From: an uncultured bacterium
Lineage (GTDB): Bacteria > Cyanobacteriota > Cyanobacteriia > Thermostichales > Thermostichaceae
Direction: 5' to 3'
DNA length: 64,000 bases
NCBI GenBank assembly: GCA_964578595.1
Contig: CAZODP010000005.1
Coordinates: 4,966-68,965 of the forward strand
Made by a program: the position numbers and the translations under genes. Positions 41,506 to 51,696 of the stretch are shown one piece after another. The first letter of the stretch is position 1; each line of letters begins with the position of its first letter. The notes beneath the pieces are model-generated. The model was not told the DNA's origin. It made no database searches and worked only from the letters and a program-made list of their open reading frames with translations.

Positions 41506-41757
41506 CTAGATGTGATCCGCATCACCACTTAAGAGCCATGTGATCGAGACCCCTAGAGCGCGAGCAAAGGCCACCAGTTCTCGGTCGATCACCCGACGCT
41601 TGCCTTTCTCAATTTGGCCGATTTTGACGTAATCCAGATGGATCCCATAACGGGAGAGCCGACCCGCCAGTTGATCTTGGGTCAACTGAAGCCGTTCCCG
41701 CATCCAACGAACTCGGCCCCCAATCAGATTGGCACTCTGGGATCCCTGTGGCTCCAT
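41506..41757 (-). CDS. XRE-family helix-turn-helix transcriptional regulator
   Basis: IGGRVRWMRERLQLTQDQLAGRLSRYGI...IGQIEKGKRRVIDRELVAFARALGVSITWLL is a canonical Cro/C1 HTH. Confidence 0.8.
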   Translation of the reverse strand: MEPQGSQSANLIGGRVRWMRERLQLTQDQLAGRLSRYGIHLDYVKIGQIEKGKRRVIDRELVAFARALGVSITWLLSGDADHI

Positions 41758-42178
41758 CGGATCATGATCGAAAATCCATATCTATGCTACTCAATTGGCC
41801 TCTGCTCAATGAACAGGATTCTCAGTCATCACAAGTTTTATGTACTGATCGTAGCTCCTGCCCTAAGGGATCCCACCCGATCAACTCAGCTTGGGCCGCA
41901 GGATCCTGAGGAGTAGCACAGCACAAAACATGCACCCCAGGAATCGCGAGCATTATCGAGAAAGTTTGTAGATAAAGCAGATAAGGAGACTGACACAAGA
42001 GCTACGGCCAGAAGGATCCCTAGAGTTGGTGATGGGATCTCGATCAAGATCCAAGATGGTTCTGGATCCCGATTGAACTGAATTAGGTCATGATCGATTT
42101 TCATTTGCTAAGGGGGGAGCTGATTTTTTAGACTAGGGATATGCACAGCACAGACGCAAAACCGTCGGGGAGTCTACT

Positions 42179-43360
42179 TTGAATCTCACTCGTCCTAGTT
42201 TTGAGGATCCAGCCCCAGAAGGTGCCAGAGAGCAAGTCACCAGAGAGCAAGTCACCAGAGAACGTATCACCAGAGAACGTATCAAAGGAGCGCGCCCTCG
42301 GCTTACGGTTCATCAGGGTACAGCCCCGTCAGGATCTTTGGAGGTCGGCCCAGCCCAACAGGAGGATACCCAAGCTCAGACGCTGGAACTGGACTTTGAT
42401 CCATCAGAATCCTACACCGAGGACATGGTGGATCAGTATCTCAATGAGATTGGCCGGGTGGCTCGGATCGACCATGCTCAGGAGATTGAACTGTCTCGGT
42501 TAGTTCAAGAGAAGCTGGCCTTGGAGCAGGCTCGTCAGGCTTTGGCAGAGCAATGGGGCCGGGATCCGTCGCTACGGGAATGGGCGGAGCAGATGGGGCT
42601 GGAGGTTCGGGCCTTGCGGCAACGGATCCATCGGGGCAAGCGCGCCCAACAAAAGCTGATCAATGCCAATTTGCGGCTGGTGGTGAGCGTTGCCAAAAAA
42701 TATCTCAATCGGGGGGTACCCTTTCTGGATCTGATCCAAGAGGGCAATATCGGCTTGATCCGGGCCACCGAAAAGTTTGATGCTGAGCGGGGTTATCGCT
42801 TTAGCACCTATGCCCACTGGTGGATCCGGCAGGGGATCACCCGGTGTATTGCCAACCAAGCCCGCACCATTCGGCTGCCTGTTCACATGGTGGATAAAGT
42901 TCGGCACCTCAAGCGCACGATTCGGGATCTGACCAAGGCCACAGGACGGCGGCCTAGCGAGACGGATCTGGCGGAAGCGATGGGGGTGAGCCTGAAAAAA
43001 CTGCGGCTGATCCAGCAGGCAGCCACGTTGCCGATCTCGTTGGATCTGACGGTGGGGCATGAGGGAGAAAGCCGCTTGGGGGATCTGCTGGAGGATAATC
43101 GGGCCGAGCAACCGTTTGATGAGATGGTATCGCGGTCGATGCAGCAGGATGTGCAGACGGCCCTAGAGTCCCTGAAGCCGATTGAGCAGCAGATTTTGAG
43201 CCGCCGCTATGGGCTAGATGGTTACAAAAGTTCTACCCTGCGGGAGGTGGGAGACGAGTTTAATCTGACACGGGAACGGATTCGACAGATCGAGCGGGAA
43301 GCCCTGCGCAAGTTGCGGAGTAGTCAACCGTCCAAGCGACTGGGACAGTACCTGCACTGA
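42179..43360 (+). CDS. RNA polymerase sigma-70 factor, RpoD family (group 2-like)
   Basis: Region 1.2 DMVDQYLNEIGR, region 2 RLVVSVAKKYLNRGVPFLDLIQEGNIGLIRATEKFDAERGYRFSTYAHWWIRQGITR, region 3 and region 4 RERIRQIEREALRKLR. The ORF-track start is a TTG, so the true start is uncertain. Confidence 0.9.
   Translation: MNLTRPSFEDPAPEGAREQVTREQVTRERITRERIKGARPRLTVHQGTAPSGSLEVGPAQQEDTQAQTLELDFDPSESYTEDMVDQYLNEIGRVARIDHAQEIELSRLVQEKLALEQARQALAEQWGRDPSLREWAEQMGLEVRALRQRIHRGKRAQQKLINANLRLVVSVAKKYLNRGVPFLDLIQEGNIGLIRATEKFDAERGYRFSTYAHWWIRQGITRCIANQARTIRLPVHMVDKVRHLKRTIRDLTKATGRRPSETDLAEAMGVSLKKLRLIQQAATLPISLDLTVGHEGESRLGDLLEDNRAEQPFDEMVSRSMQQDVQTALESLKPIEQQILSRRYGLDGYKSSTLREVGDEFNLTRERIRQIEREALRKLRSSQPSKRLGQYLH
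42226..42285. repeat. 4 x 15-bp tandem array (2 x CAGAGAGCAAGTCAC followed by 2 x CAGAGAACGTATCA(C/A)) in the 5' region of the sigma factor ORF
   Basis: Read directly. If translated, it encodes REQVT REQVT RERIT RERI. Confidence 0.95.
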
Positions 43361-43415
43361 TTTGTTTGATTCCTGCCTAGACTAGGGATCCTGTCTCTGG
43401 TTGTGGGTACCGGAT

Positions 43416-46184
43416 ATGCTGGCCTCAGATCTCTCTGGCTTAGATCTTATTGTGTGTCATTTGACGGCGGATTTTGACACATTGGGATCCGCGTTGGGGG
43501 CAGTGCATCTCTATCCCGGTGCCCGGATCCTGTTGGCGGGGGGGTGTCATCCGCAGGTGCAACACTTTTTGGGGTTACATCGCAATGGGTTGCCCCTGAT
43601 CGCCCGCAAAGCGGTGAATCCGGCTCAGGTGCGGCGATTGGTTTTGGTGGATTGCGCGGATCCGGGGCGGCTGGGCACCGTGGCTGGCTGGCTAGACCGC
43701 GCTGATCTGGAGATTCATATCTATGATCATCACTGTGGGGGCGACGCGGATCCTCGGCTGCGCTTTCCCCATCCGACAGCGGTGACTTTGGTGTGCATAG
43801 AGCCAGTGGGATCCACCTCTACCCTGATGGTGGAGCGGCTGCGGGATCAAAAGCGGGATCAGAATGTGTCAGGCTCTACGCCACTATCTGCCTCTGACGT
43901 GACCGCCTTGGCCTTGGGGATCCATGCCGATACCGGATCCCTGACCTTTGGATCCACCACAGTTAGGGATGGGCAGGCTTTGGTCTGGCTGATGGAGCAG
44001 GGACTCAATCTCGATCAGATGGCCACTTATCTGGAGGGAGGGCTATCAAAGCCGCTCCAGGACTTGCTCAGTCAGGGGTTAGTGGATCTACAGATTGAAA
44101 CGATCCGGGGTTACCAGTTGGGATCCTGGCTGATCAAGCTGGAGGGTTATCAGCCGGGGCTATCCAGTTTGGCGATGCATCTGCTGGATCTGGCGGATGT
44201 GGATATTTTGATCCTGGGGGCACTCCAAGAGTCGGGATCCCACTCTCCACAGCTGAGGTTGCCACGGTTGAGTTTAATCGGGCGGTCGCGGCATGATTTT
44301 GCGGCCCTCGACCAGGTTTTGGGAGCTTATGGCGGGGGGGGCCATCCTCGGGCGGCGGCGGTCACCCTCAAGCGGCTAGATCCTCACTCAGCTCAGCCGG
44401 AACGGATCCTAGCGGAGATTTTAGAAACCATTGCCCAGCGGATCCCGAAGCCGGTCACAGCCCGTGATCTGATGTCATCCCCGGTTCGCACCATTCGGCC
44501 TGAACTGACGGTGGGGGAGGCTCAGCGGGTGTTGTTGCGCTATGGCCATTCGGGGGTGGTGGTGGTCAATGACCAGGCTCAGTTGGTGGGGGTGATCTCA
44601 CGGCGGGATATTGATCTGGCTCTGCACCACGGGTTTGGCCATGCTCCCGTCAAAGGGTATATGACCAGTCCGGTGGAGACTGTGGCTCCAGAGACCCCCC
44701 TCCATCAGATTCAATCCTTGATGATCAGCCGAGATATGGGCCGGTTACCGGTGCTGAGCCGGGATCCCGATGGATCTGAGCAGTTGTTGGGGATTGTCAC
44801 CCGGACGGATGTGTTGCGGCATCTCCAGGATCGACCCCAGCCGGATCCTGTCCCCCAACCGGAAGCTCTCCTGAAGAGATTGCAGAGCCTAGAGCAGTTG
44901 CCCGCCCAGGCAATTTTGCGGACGGCAGCAACGTTGGCGGATCAGATGGGACTGCGGCTCTATTTGGTGGGGGGAGCCGTGCGGGATTTATTACTGGGTC
45001 GGCTGGAGGGGGAGATGGATCTGGATCTGGTGGTGGATGGATCCTATCCCTTGGATGCCCAGAATTTGGGATCTGCGCCGGAGGGCTGGGGGGTGCGGCT
45101 GGGGCGAGCGCTGCATCAGCATTATCCCGAGACCAAGCTGGAGATTCACGGTCGCTACCAGACGGCGGCTCTGACCTGGCCGGGGGGACGCTGGATCGAT
45201 ATCGCCACCGCTCGGACAGAGTTTTATCCGATGCCCGCCGCCAATCCTGAGGTGGACCTGGGATCAATTCAGCAGGACTTGTATCGGCGCGACTTTACCA
45301 TCAATGCGCTGGCCTTGCGGCTGAATGGCTCAGAAGCAGGGCAGATTTTGGATGCCTTTGGGGGGCGCGAAGATCTGGAACTGGGACGGATCCGGGTGCT
45401 GCATGCCAATAGTTTTTTGGAGGATCCCACCCGGATCTTTCGGGCGGTGCGGTTTGCGGCTCGGCTGGATTTTCGAGTGGCAGAACAGACGGAATCCTAC
45501 ATCCGCAGTGCGGTGGCCAGTGGGCTGGTGGATGCGGTGGGGGGCGATCGGCTCAAACAGGAGCTAAAGCTGATCCTAGACTCATGCCTCTGGCGGCGAG
45601 CGATGCGACAACTGGGATCCTGGCAGGCTCTGCGCTGTCTGCACCCTGAGTTGGGTTGGGATCCTCAGCTCGAGCAGCAGGTCTGGCGAGCCGGGGCCTG
45701 GTATCGGCATTTTGAGCCGCTCTATCCCCAACTGGATCGGCACCATCGCTGGCAGATCCGCCTAGAGCGAATGCTAGGAGCTTTGCCCCAAGCCGATCAA
45801 GTGGCAGCCCAGCTCAACCTGACTCAAGCTGGGATCGAGCGTTTGCGTGATCTAGCCCAGCTCCAGGCCCAGATTTTGCCCCAGATCCAGCCGCCGCTCC
45901 GCCCCAGTCAGGTGATGGCATGGCTGGATCCGCTGGAAATCCCGATGGTGATTTTGTTGGCGGCTGTGGCAGATCCGGGATCCCGACGGATCTTTTATCG
46001 CTACTTGCGGGAGTGGCATCACATCAAACCTCTACTCAATGGCCATGATTTGCGAGCTATGGGTTACCCCCCCGGCCCCTACTTTCAGGAGATTTTGATA
46101 GCTATAAAAAAAGCCACTTTGGATGGATCCTTAACCACCGTTGAGGAGGCTCAAGACTGGGTGATCCGTCATTTTGAGCAGTAG
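43416..46184 (+). CDS. DHH/DHHA1 - tandem CBS - poly(A) polymerase/tRNA nucleotidyltransferase fusion protein
   Basis: N-terminal DHH-type phosphoesterase blocks (IVCHLTADFDTLGS, IYDHH, GIHADTGSLTF, GGGGHPRAAA). A CBS pair (ARDLMSSPVRTI...GVVVVNDQAQLVGVISRRDI, MGRLPVL). Then YLVGGAVRDLLLGR, DLDLVV, RRDFTINALA, EDPTRIFRAVRFAARL. ATG at 43416. Confidence 0.85.
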   Translation: MLASDLSGLDLIVCHLTADFDTLGSALGAVHLYPGARILLAGGCHPQVQHFLGLHRNGLPLIARKAVNPAQVRRLVLVDCADPGRLGTVAGWLDRADLEIHIYDHHCGGDADPRLRFPHPTAVTLVCIEPVGSTSTLMVERLRDQKRDQNVSGSTPLSASDVTALALGIHADTGSLTFGSTTVRDGQALVWLMEQGLNLDQMATYLEGGLSKPLQDLLSQGLVDLQIETIRGYQLGSWLIKLEGYQPGLSSLAMHLLDLADVDILILGALQESGSHSPQLRLPRLSLIGRSRHDFAALDQVLGAYGGGGHPRAAAVTLKRLDPHSAQPERILAEILETIAQRIPKPVTARDLMSSPVRTIRPELTVGEAQRVLLRYGHSGVVVVNDQAQLVGVISRRDIDLALHHGFGHAPVKGYMTSPVETVAPETPLHQIQSLMISRDMGRLPVLSRDPDGSEQLLGIVTRTDVLRHLQDRPQPDPVPQPEALLKRLQSLEQLPAQAILRTAATLADQMGLRLYLVGGAVRDLLLGRLEGEMDLDLVVDGSYPLDAQNLGSAPEGWGVRLGRALHQHYPETKLEIHGRYQTAALTWPGGRWIDIATARTEFYPMPAANPEVDLGSIQQDLYRRDFTINALALRLNGSEAGQILDAFGGREDLELGRIRVLHANSFLEDPTRIFRAVRFAARLDFRVAEQTESYIRSAVASGLVDAVGGDRLKQELKLILDSCLWRRAMRQLGSWQALRCLHPELGWDPQLEQQVWRAGAWYRHFEPLYPQLDRHHRWQIRLERMLGALPQADQVAAQLNLTQAGIERLRDLAQLQAQILPQIQPPLRPSQVMAWLDPLEIPMVILLAAVADPGSRRIFYRYLREWHHIKPLLNGHDLRAMGYPPGPYFQEILIAIKKATLDGSLTTVEEAQDWVIRHFEQ

Positions 46185-46241
46185 AGTCTGCCCCGTAGAG
46201 CCAAGGATCCAATCCCCCAAGAAATGGGTCTTAGTCTTAGC

Positions 46242-47111
46242 TCAATCCTCAGCGTGGGCAAAGCGGCGATAGAGAAAGTCGAGGGCATCATTGCGCAATT
46301 CATAGTATTCGGGCATCTCCATCATGCGGGAGCGGATCCGAGGCCGGTCAAAGGGAATGGTCAAAATCTCACCAATATGAGCAGCAGGGCCATTGGTCAT
46401 CATCACCACTCGGTCGGCAAGATAAAGAGCCTCATCAATATCGTGGGTGATCATCAAAACGGTACACCGGTGATCCCGCCAAATGGTCAACAATTCATCC
46501 TGCAATTCCTCTTTGGTGATGGCATCGAGGGCACCAAATGGCTCATCTAACAGCAACACTTCTGGCCGAATGGACAACGCCCGAGCGATGGATACCCGCT
46601 GCTTCATCCCCCCTGAGAGTTGCTTGGGCCGCTTCTGGGCCGCTTCTGTCAACCCTACTAATTCCAAATGTTCGTAAACGATCTGTTTTTTCTCAAGGGC
46701 AGACTTTTGGGGATAGACCTGATCCACCACCAAATAAACATTTTCAAACGCTGTCAGCCAGGGCAGCAGGGCATAATTTTGAAACACCATCATCCGATCC
46801 GGGCCAGGGGATCCGACGGGCTGCCCCTTGAGGGTGATGGATCCAGAGGTGGGGCTAGAAAAGCCAGCCACCATATTCATCAGAGTGGATTTGCCGCAAC
46901 CTGAGTGCCCAATCAGACAAACAAACTCTCCGGATCCCACGTCTAAATGGACATTTTCGAGGGCCACAAATGGACCAGTGGGGGTGGGATAGGTTTTGCC
47001 CACGTTTTGTAGAGAGAGTAAGGGCAGTCCTGCCATCAGGCCAGAACTTTGGAATTGGGTCTGGGATGTGCGGGTGGAGGTCATGATCATATCGAGATCC
47101 AAGGTTTTCAA
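46242..47111 (-). CDS. nrtD: nitrate/nitrite ABC transporter ATP-binding protein NrtD
   Basis: Walker [10 protein letters not shown], signature [15 protein letters not shown], Walker [12 protein letters not shown]. It is the last gene of the nirA-nrt operon. Confidence 0.9.
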   Translation of the reverse strand: MKTLDLDMIMTSTRTSQTQFQSSGLMAGLPLLSLQNVGKTYPTPTGPFVALENVHLDVGSGEFVCLIGHSGCGKSTLMNMVAGFSSPTSGSITLKGQPVGSPGPDRMMVFQNYALLPWLTAFENVYLVVDQVYPQKSALEKKQIVYEHLELVGLTEAAQKRPKQLSGGMKQRVSIARALSIRPEVLLLDEPFGALDAITKEELQDELLTIWRDHRCTVLMITHDIDEALYLADRVVMMTNGPAAHIGEILTIPFDRPRIRSRMMEMPEYYELRNDALDFLYRRFAHAED

Positions 47112-47133
47112 AAGGGCTTCAAGCGGTTGTGAT

Positions 47134-49137
47134 CTAGGCCAGCGCAGGCAAGAGGTAATCGTGGAGACGATAGTCCTGCCGAATGGAAATAGCGTCTAAA
47201 TACGCAATCGGATCCTCCCCATCAAAGACACTGCCATCTTTGAAATAGAGGGATCCCCGGTCATGAGCGCGATCCGGCAGACCCAGAGACTGGGCGGCAG
47301 CAGCATACGTGTCGGCATCTAAAACCTGATCCAACACTGAGATCCAATTGCGGGGAAAAGCACACAATCCCCAACGGGCCATCTGGGTCAGGATCCAGAG
47401 ATTTTCCAGTTTTTCGGGGCAGGTATTGCGACCGCTGGCAAATTGATTGAAGCCCGCCACCCACTCTGATTCGTCCTGGATCCCTCGGTGTAGGGTGCCC
47501 ATCAAGCCGGGGCGTAGATCCTCGACTGGGGTGCCCACATACTGAGGCTGGCTCAGCCATTCAGCAATTTGGGGCCGATGGCGGGGCTGATCGCAGTATT
47601 GGCAGGCTTCCATCAGGGCCTTGACAAGGGCGATATGGGTCAGGGGATATTTCTGCGCCCAATCTTGTCGGACTGTCAGCACCTTTTCGAGGTGACTGGG
47701 CAGAATGTCTGGGGTGGTGGTGATGATAAAGCCCGCCCCTTCCCGGACAGCGCGGGAGTTCCAGGGTTCGCCCACACAGTAGCCATCAATGTTGCCGGCC
47801 TTGAGATTGCTCACCATCTGGGGCGGGGGGATCAGGGTCAACGTCACATCCCGATCCGGATGGATCCCACCGCTGGCCAGCCAATGGCGCAACAAAAAAT
47901 TGTGCATCGAGGCCGGATGAACCATCCCCAGGGTATGCACCCGATCTGGGGTTTGGCGGATGTAGTGACGGAAATCTTCCAGGGTTTGGATCCCTTGTTC
48001 CAGAAATTTGCGGCTCAAGGTAATCCCATTGCCCCCCCGCGACAGGGTCAGAGCCGTGGTCAGAGGAACAGGGGATCCCCCCACCCCTAAGGTGGAAGCC
48101 AGTGGGATACCAGACACCACTGCGGCTGCATCAAGGCGACCGGAACGGATCCCTTCGTAGAGCATCTTCCAGCCGGGTTCACGGGCTAAGTTGACTTGCT
48201 CTAGGCCATATTTTTTGAATAAGCCCAACTCCTGAGCCACCACCAATGGAGCACAATCGGTCAGGGGAACAAAGCCCAATTCCAAGTTGACTTTTTCGAG
48301 ACCATTTTGGGCAATAGCCACATGAATGGGGTCTTTTTTTCTGGCCCGTTTCTGTTGATTCAGAAAGTAGATCATCTCCCCCCGCAGATTGTAATAATCG
48401 GGGTGGTTGACCACCTCTAAACGATGCCGAGGTCGGGGAAATGACACATTTAAGATCTGGCCAATTTGGGCTGATGGGCCATTGGTCAACATCACCACCC
48501 GGTCGGATAACAGCAGAGCTTCGTCCACATCGTGGGTGACCATCACAGCGGTGAGCTGCTGATCTTGGGCGATCTGCATCAATTGCTCTTGCAGGTTGCC
48601 CCGGGTGAGGGCGTCCAATGCCCCGAAGGGTTCATCCAGCAGCAGCACACGAGGGCGGATCGCCAGAGCACGGGCAATGGCCACCCGTTGCTTCATACCC
48701 CCGGAGAGATGGGCCGGTCGCTTGTCGGCTGCCGCCTGCAGCCCCACCCGGCGGATGTGGTCATCCACAATGGCTTTGCGTTCAGCCTGAGACTGGGATC
48801 CCATCACTTCATCCACAGCCAAGGCGATATTTTGTCGCACTGTCAGCCAAGGCAGCAGCGAATAATTTTGAAACACCACCATACGGTCGGGGCCGGGATC
48901 TGTCACCTGTCGCCCCTCCAATAGGATCCCGCCGGTGGAGGGCCGATCCAGTCCAGCAATGATGTTGAGCAATGTGGATTTACCACAACCGGAGTGGCCG
49001 ATCAGCGAGATAAACTCCCCCTGTTTGATCTCCAGATGGATCCCTTTGAGGGCTGAATACAGGCCACCCCCCGCCAAGGGAAACACCTTATCAATGTGAT
49101 CTACTTCTATGTAGGGATTAGTCTTGATTGTGCTCAC
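47134..49137 (-). CDS. nrtC: nitrate/nitrite ABC transporter ATP-binding protein NrtC (ATPase fused to an NrtA-like C-terminal domain)
   Basis: N-terminal ABC ATPase ([24 protein letters not shown]) plus about 380 aa resembling the periplasmic binding protein ([26 protein letters not shown]). Confidence 0.9.
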   Translation of the reverse strand: MSTIKTNPYIEVDHIDKVFPLAGGGLYSALKGIHLEIKQGEFISLIGHSGCGKSTLLNIIAGLDRPSTGGILLEGRQVTDPGPDRMVVFQNYSLLPWLTVRQNIALAVDEVMGSQSQAERKAIVDDHIRRVGLQAAADKRPAHLSGGMKQRVAIARALAIRPRVLLLDEPFGALDALTRGNLQEQLMQIAQDQQLTAVMVTHDVDEALLLSDRVVMLTNGPSAQIGQILNVSFPRPRHRLEVVNHPDYYNLRGEMIYFLNQQKRARKKDPIHVAIAQNGLEKVNLELGFVPLTDCAPLVVAQELGLFKKYGLEQVNLAREPGWKMLYEGIRSGRLDAAAVVSGIPLASTLGVGGSPVPLTTALTLSRGGNGITLSRKFLEQGIQTLEDFRHYIRQTPDRVHTLGMVHPASMHNFLLRHWLASGGIHPDRDVTLTLIPPPQMVSNLKAGNIDGYCVGEPWNSRAVREGAGFIITTTPDILPSHLEKVLTVRQDWAQKYPLTHIALVKALMEACQYCDQPRHRPQIAEWLSQPQYVGTPVEDLRPGLMGTLHRGIQDESEWVAGFNQFASGRNTCPEKLENLWILTQMARWGLCAFPRNWISVLDQVLDADTYAAAAQSLGLPDRAHDRGSLYFKDGSVFDGEDPIAYLDAISIRQDYRLHDYLLPALA

Positions 49138-49202
49138 AATTGTTTCATCCTAGCCATACAAAAGGTCTTGCTCATAAAGTCTTACTGACTCAGATCAAAG
49201 CT

Positions 49203-50180
49203 CTATTCTTGAGCCACCACCAATGATCCCAGCCAAGCCATCAAACGATCCAGCATCAGACCGACAATACCTACATAGATCAAGGCCAAAATGATCTCGC
49301 TGATACGGGAACTATTCCAGGCATCCCAAATAAAGAAGCCGATGCCGACTCCACCAATCAACATCTCTGCCGCCACAATCGCCAACCAAGAGAGACCAAT
49401 CCCAATTCGTAATCCCGTAAAGATGTAGGGAACTGTGGCAGGAAAGACAATTTTCAGAAAGTAGCGAAAGCCTGACATTCTGACAATGCGAGCCACGTTG
49501 CGATAGTCTTGGGGTATTTGTTGAACCCCAACGATTGTATTGAGCAAAATGGGCCAGATGGCAGTGATAAAGATAACAAAAATCGCCGAAGGAGTAGAAT
49601 CTCGAAAAGCAGCCAACGAAATAGGTAACCAGGCCAGAGGGGGCACTGTCCGCAACACCTGAAAAATCGGATCCAGCGACTCATGCAGCCAGCGATTGAC
49701 CCCGATGATCATGCCCCCAATCATGCCCACCAGTGCGGCTAGGGTAAAGCCAATCGCCACCCGCTGCAGACTGGCCCAAATCTGCCAAAACAGCCCTTTG
49801 TCAATACCGCCATAGTCAAAGAACGGATCCTTGATCAGAGGATCCCAGGTATCTTGCCAGACCTGTAGAGGGGTGGGCAGGTTGGCATCTGGAGAACTGT
49901 AAGCGATCTGCCACAGCATTAAGACAACTAAAATCGCAGTCAAGGGCATCAGGATCCGTCGCATTAAGCTGTAAAGTTTGACTTTTTTGATCCAGGATGA
50001 CGCTGGGGCAGAGCTGCCCGAATCGGATCCAACCTTGGCCACTGCTTTGAGTTGAAAAGCTCCCTCCTGCAAGCTACGTAAGAGGAAACGACCCCAACCC
50101 AATATCAGGGGTATGAGGATTAGGCCCAAGCGGATCCCGGTTTTGATCAAGGCTCGCAGAAAATGGGGTAAAAAGTTCAT
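49203..50180 (-). CDS. nrtB: nitrate/nitrite ABC transporter permease NrtB
   Basis: Binding-protein-dependent permease with an EAA-type loop (ARIVRMSGFRYFLKIVFPATVPYIFTGLRIG). The ATG at 50180 gives 325 aa. An in-frame GTG at 50042 would give about 279 aa, closer to typical NrtB. Confidence 0.85.
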   Translation of the reverse strand: MNFLPHFLRALIKTGIRLGLILIPLILGWGRFLLRSLQEGAFQLKAVAKVGSDSGSSAPASSWIKKVKLYSLMRRILMPLTAILVVLMLWQIAYSSPDANLPTPLQVWQDTWDPLIKDPFFDYGGIDKGLFWQIWASLQRVAIGFTLAALVGMIGGMIIGVNRWLHESLDPIFQVLRTVPPLAWLPISLAAFRDSTPSAIFVIFITAIWPILLNTIVGVQQIPQDYRNVARIVRMSGFRYFLKIVFPATVPYIFTGLRIGIGLSWLAIVAAEMLIGGVGIGFFIWDAWNSSRISEIILALIYVGIVGLMLDRLMAWLGSLVVAQE

Positions 50181-50310
50181 CGGTGACCTACCAGAGTTTA
50201 AGGGTGAGAATAAAAGTGGGAGACAAAAGAAAAGGTTTGGAAAGAACCATTCGATTGCTTTATCCCCGAGTTTGGGTTTGTTTCAGCTCATGGGTTGTAG
50301 ATTAGAGCAT

Positions 50311-51609
50311 TCAGGCCAGTTTTTTGATTGCCAAACTGTCGAGATAGGCTGCCGGATCCTCTGGATCAAATTGGATCCCGTCAAAGAAAGTTTCGATCCC
50401 CCGTGAAGTGCTAGCAGGAATGGCGTCCTCTTGCCCCAAAGCTATGGCAGCCTCCCGCCAGAGATCCTCTCGGTTCACCTGTTCTACTAGGGCTGCACTA
50501 TCAGTATCCGCAGGCAGATATCCCCAGCGAATATCCTCGGTAACAAACCACAGATCATGACTCTTAAAGGGATAGGAAGCTTGATCCCGCCAAAACTTCA
50601 TCATATGAGGGTGATTTTCGATGGCAGGCCGACCGTCACCATAGTCAAAATTGCCCCGCGCCCGATCGATAATGTCATCAAAAGGGGCGTTGATCCACTG
50701 CCGGCCGGCGATGATCTGGCACATTTCTTCAGCATTGGCCGGATCATCACACCACTGCTGAGCCTCTAGCACTCCCATTAACAGGGCTTTAGCGGCATTG
50801 GGATTTTGATCCACCCAATCGGCTCTCATGCCAAAGGCTTTTTCAGGATGATCATTCCACAACTCACCTGTGGTTAAAGCTGTCACTGAAATCCCTTGGT
50901 TGATCGCTTGTTTATTCCAGGGTTCACAGACACAAAAGGTATCCATATTGCCGACTTTCATGTTGGCCACCATCTGAGCGGGAGGCACCACAATTAGCGA
51001 AACATCACCATCAGGATTGATCCCTCCTGCCGCTAACCAGTAGCGTGTCCACAGGTCATGGGTGCCCCCTGGAAAGGTTTGGGCACATTTGGGTTCAGCA
51101 GCTTGAGCAAACACCTCTTTGAGCGGAGAACTATCGGTGGTAACTCCCAAATCTTTGTAAGTTTGAGAGATAGAAATACACTGACCATTGGTGTTGAGTC
51201 GGGCCAAGATATACATGGGCACCGGATTATTGTTGGTCACAGCTCCAGTGGAAATCAGATAGGGCATGGGGGTGAGAATGTGTGCCCCATCAATGCCGCC
51301 AGAGCCGGATCCCAGCACCAAATTGTCGCGGGTGGTGCCCCAAGAGGCTTGCTTTTCCACATCCACATTGGTCATGCCATAGTTGGCAAAAAAACCTTTT
51401 TCTCGACCAATAATCAGCGGGGCAGCATCGGTCAGGGCAATAAATCCCAGTTTGGCGCGGTCGGTTTCAGGGGTATCGGCTTGGGCGATCCAGTAGCCAC
51501 TGGTGGGATACTTGGGATTGGCTTGGGCGATACCTGTGGCCATGGCACCCGCCGCCACAGCAGCGGATCCGCTCAAAAATTGACGACGAGATACGGAATG
51601 GTCTAACAC
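50311..51609 (-). CDS. NrtA/CmpA-family periplasmic substrate-binding protein, second (more divergent) copy
   Basis: Tat-like SRRQFLSGSAAVAAGA signal. KLGFIALTDAAPLII, GIDGAHILTPMPYL, TFPGGTHDLWTRYWLAAGG, FCVCEPWNKQAINQG. Confidence 0.85.
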   Translation of the reverse strand: MLDHSVSRRQFLSGSAAVAAGAMATGIAQANPKYPTSGYWIAQADTPETDRAKLGFIALTDAAPLIIGREKGFFANYGMTNVDVEKQASWGTTRDNLVLGSGSGGIDGAHILTPMPYLISTGAVTNNNPVPMYILARLNTNGQCISISQTYKDLGVTTDSSPLKEVFAQAAEPKCAQTFPGGTHDLWTRYWLAAGGINPDGDVSLIVVPPAQMVANMKVGNMDTFCVCEPWNKQAINQGISVTALTTGELWNDHPEKAFGMRADWVDQNPNAAKALLMGVLEAQQWCDDPANAEEMCQIIAGRQWINAPFDDIIDRARGNFDYGDGRPAIENHPHMMKFWRDQASYPFKSHDLWFVTEDIRWGYLPADTDSAALVEQVNREDLWREAAIALGQEDAIPASTSRGIETFFDGIQFDPEDPAAYLDSLAIKKLA

Positions 51610-51696
51610 TTTTAACCCCTTGAGAGTGATCAGTAAACTGTGATCGATCCAGAGAAACTCAGAAATGTATCTTGTAGACGTAAATTAAAGACCTTG

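Noticed and set aside
41886-42104. 72-codon single-TM ORF between the XRE and sigma factor genes.
   Set aside because: No family is recognisable, it is short, and there is no clear translation signal. It is kept only as a comment in a finding and is not listed as a feature.
42128-42313. Minus-strand ORF encoding DTFSGDTFSGDLLSGDLLSG.
   Set aside because: It is an artefact of reading the 15-bp tandem array on the opposite strand. It overlaps the 5' region of the sigma factor ORF.
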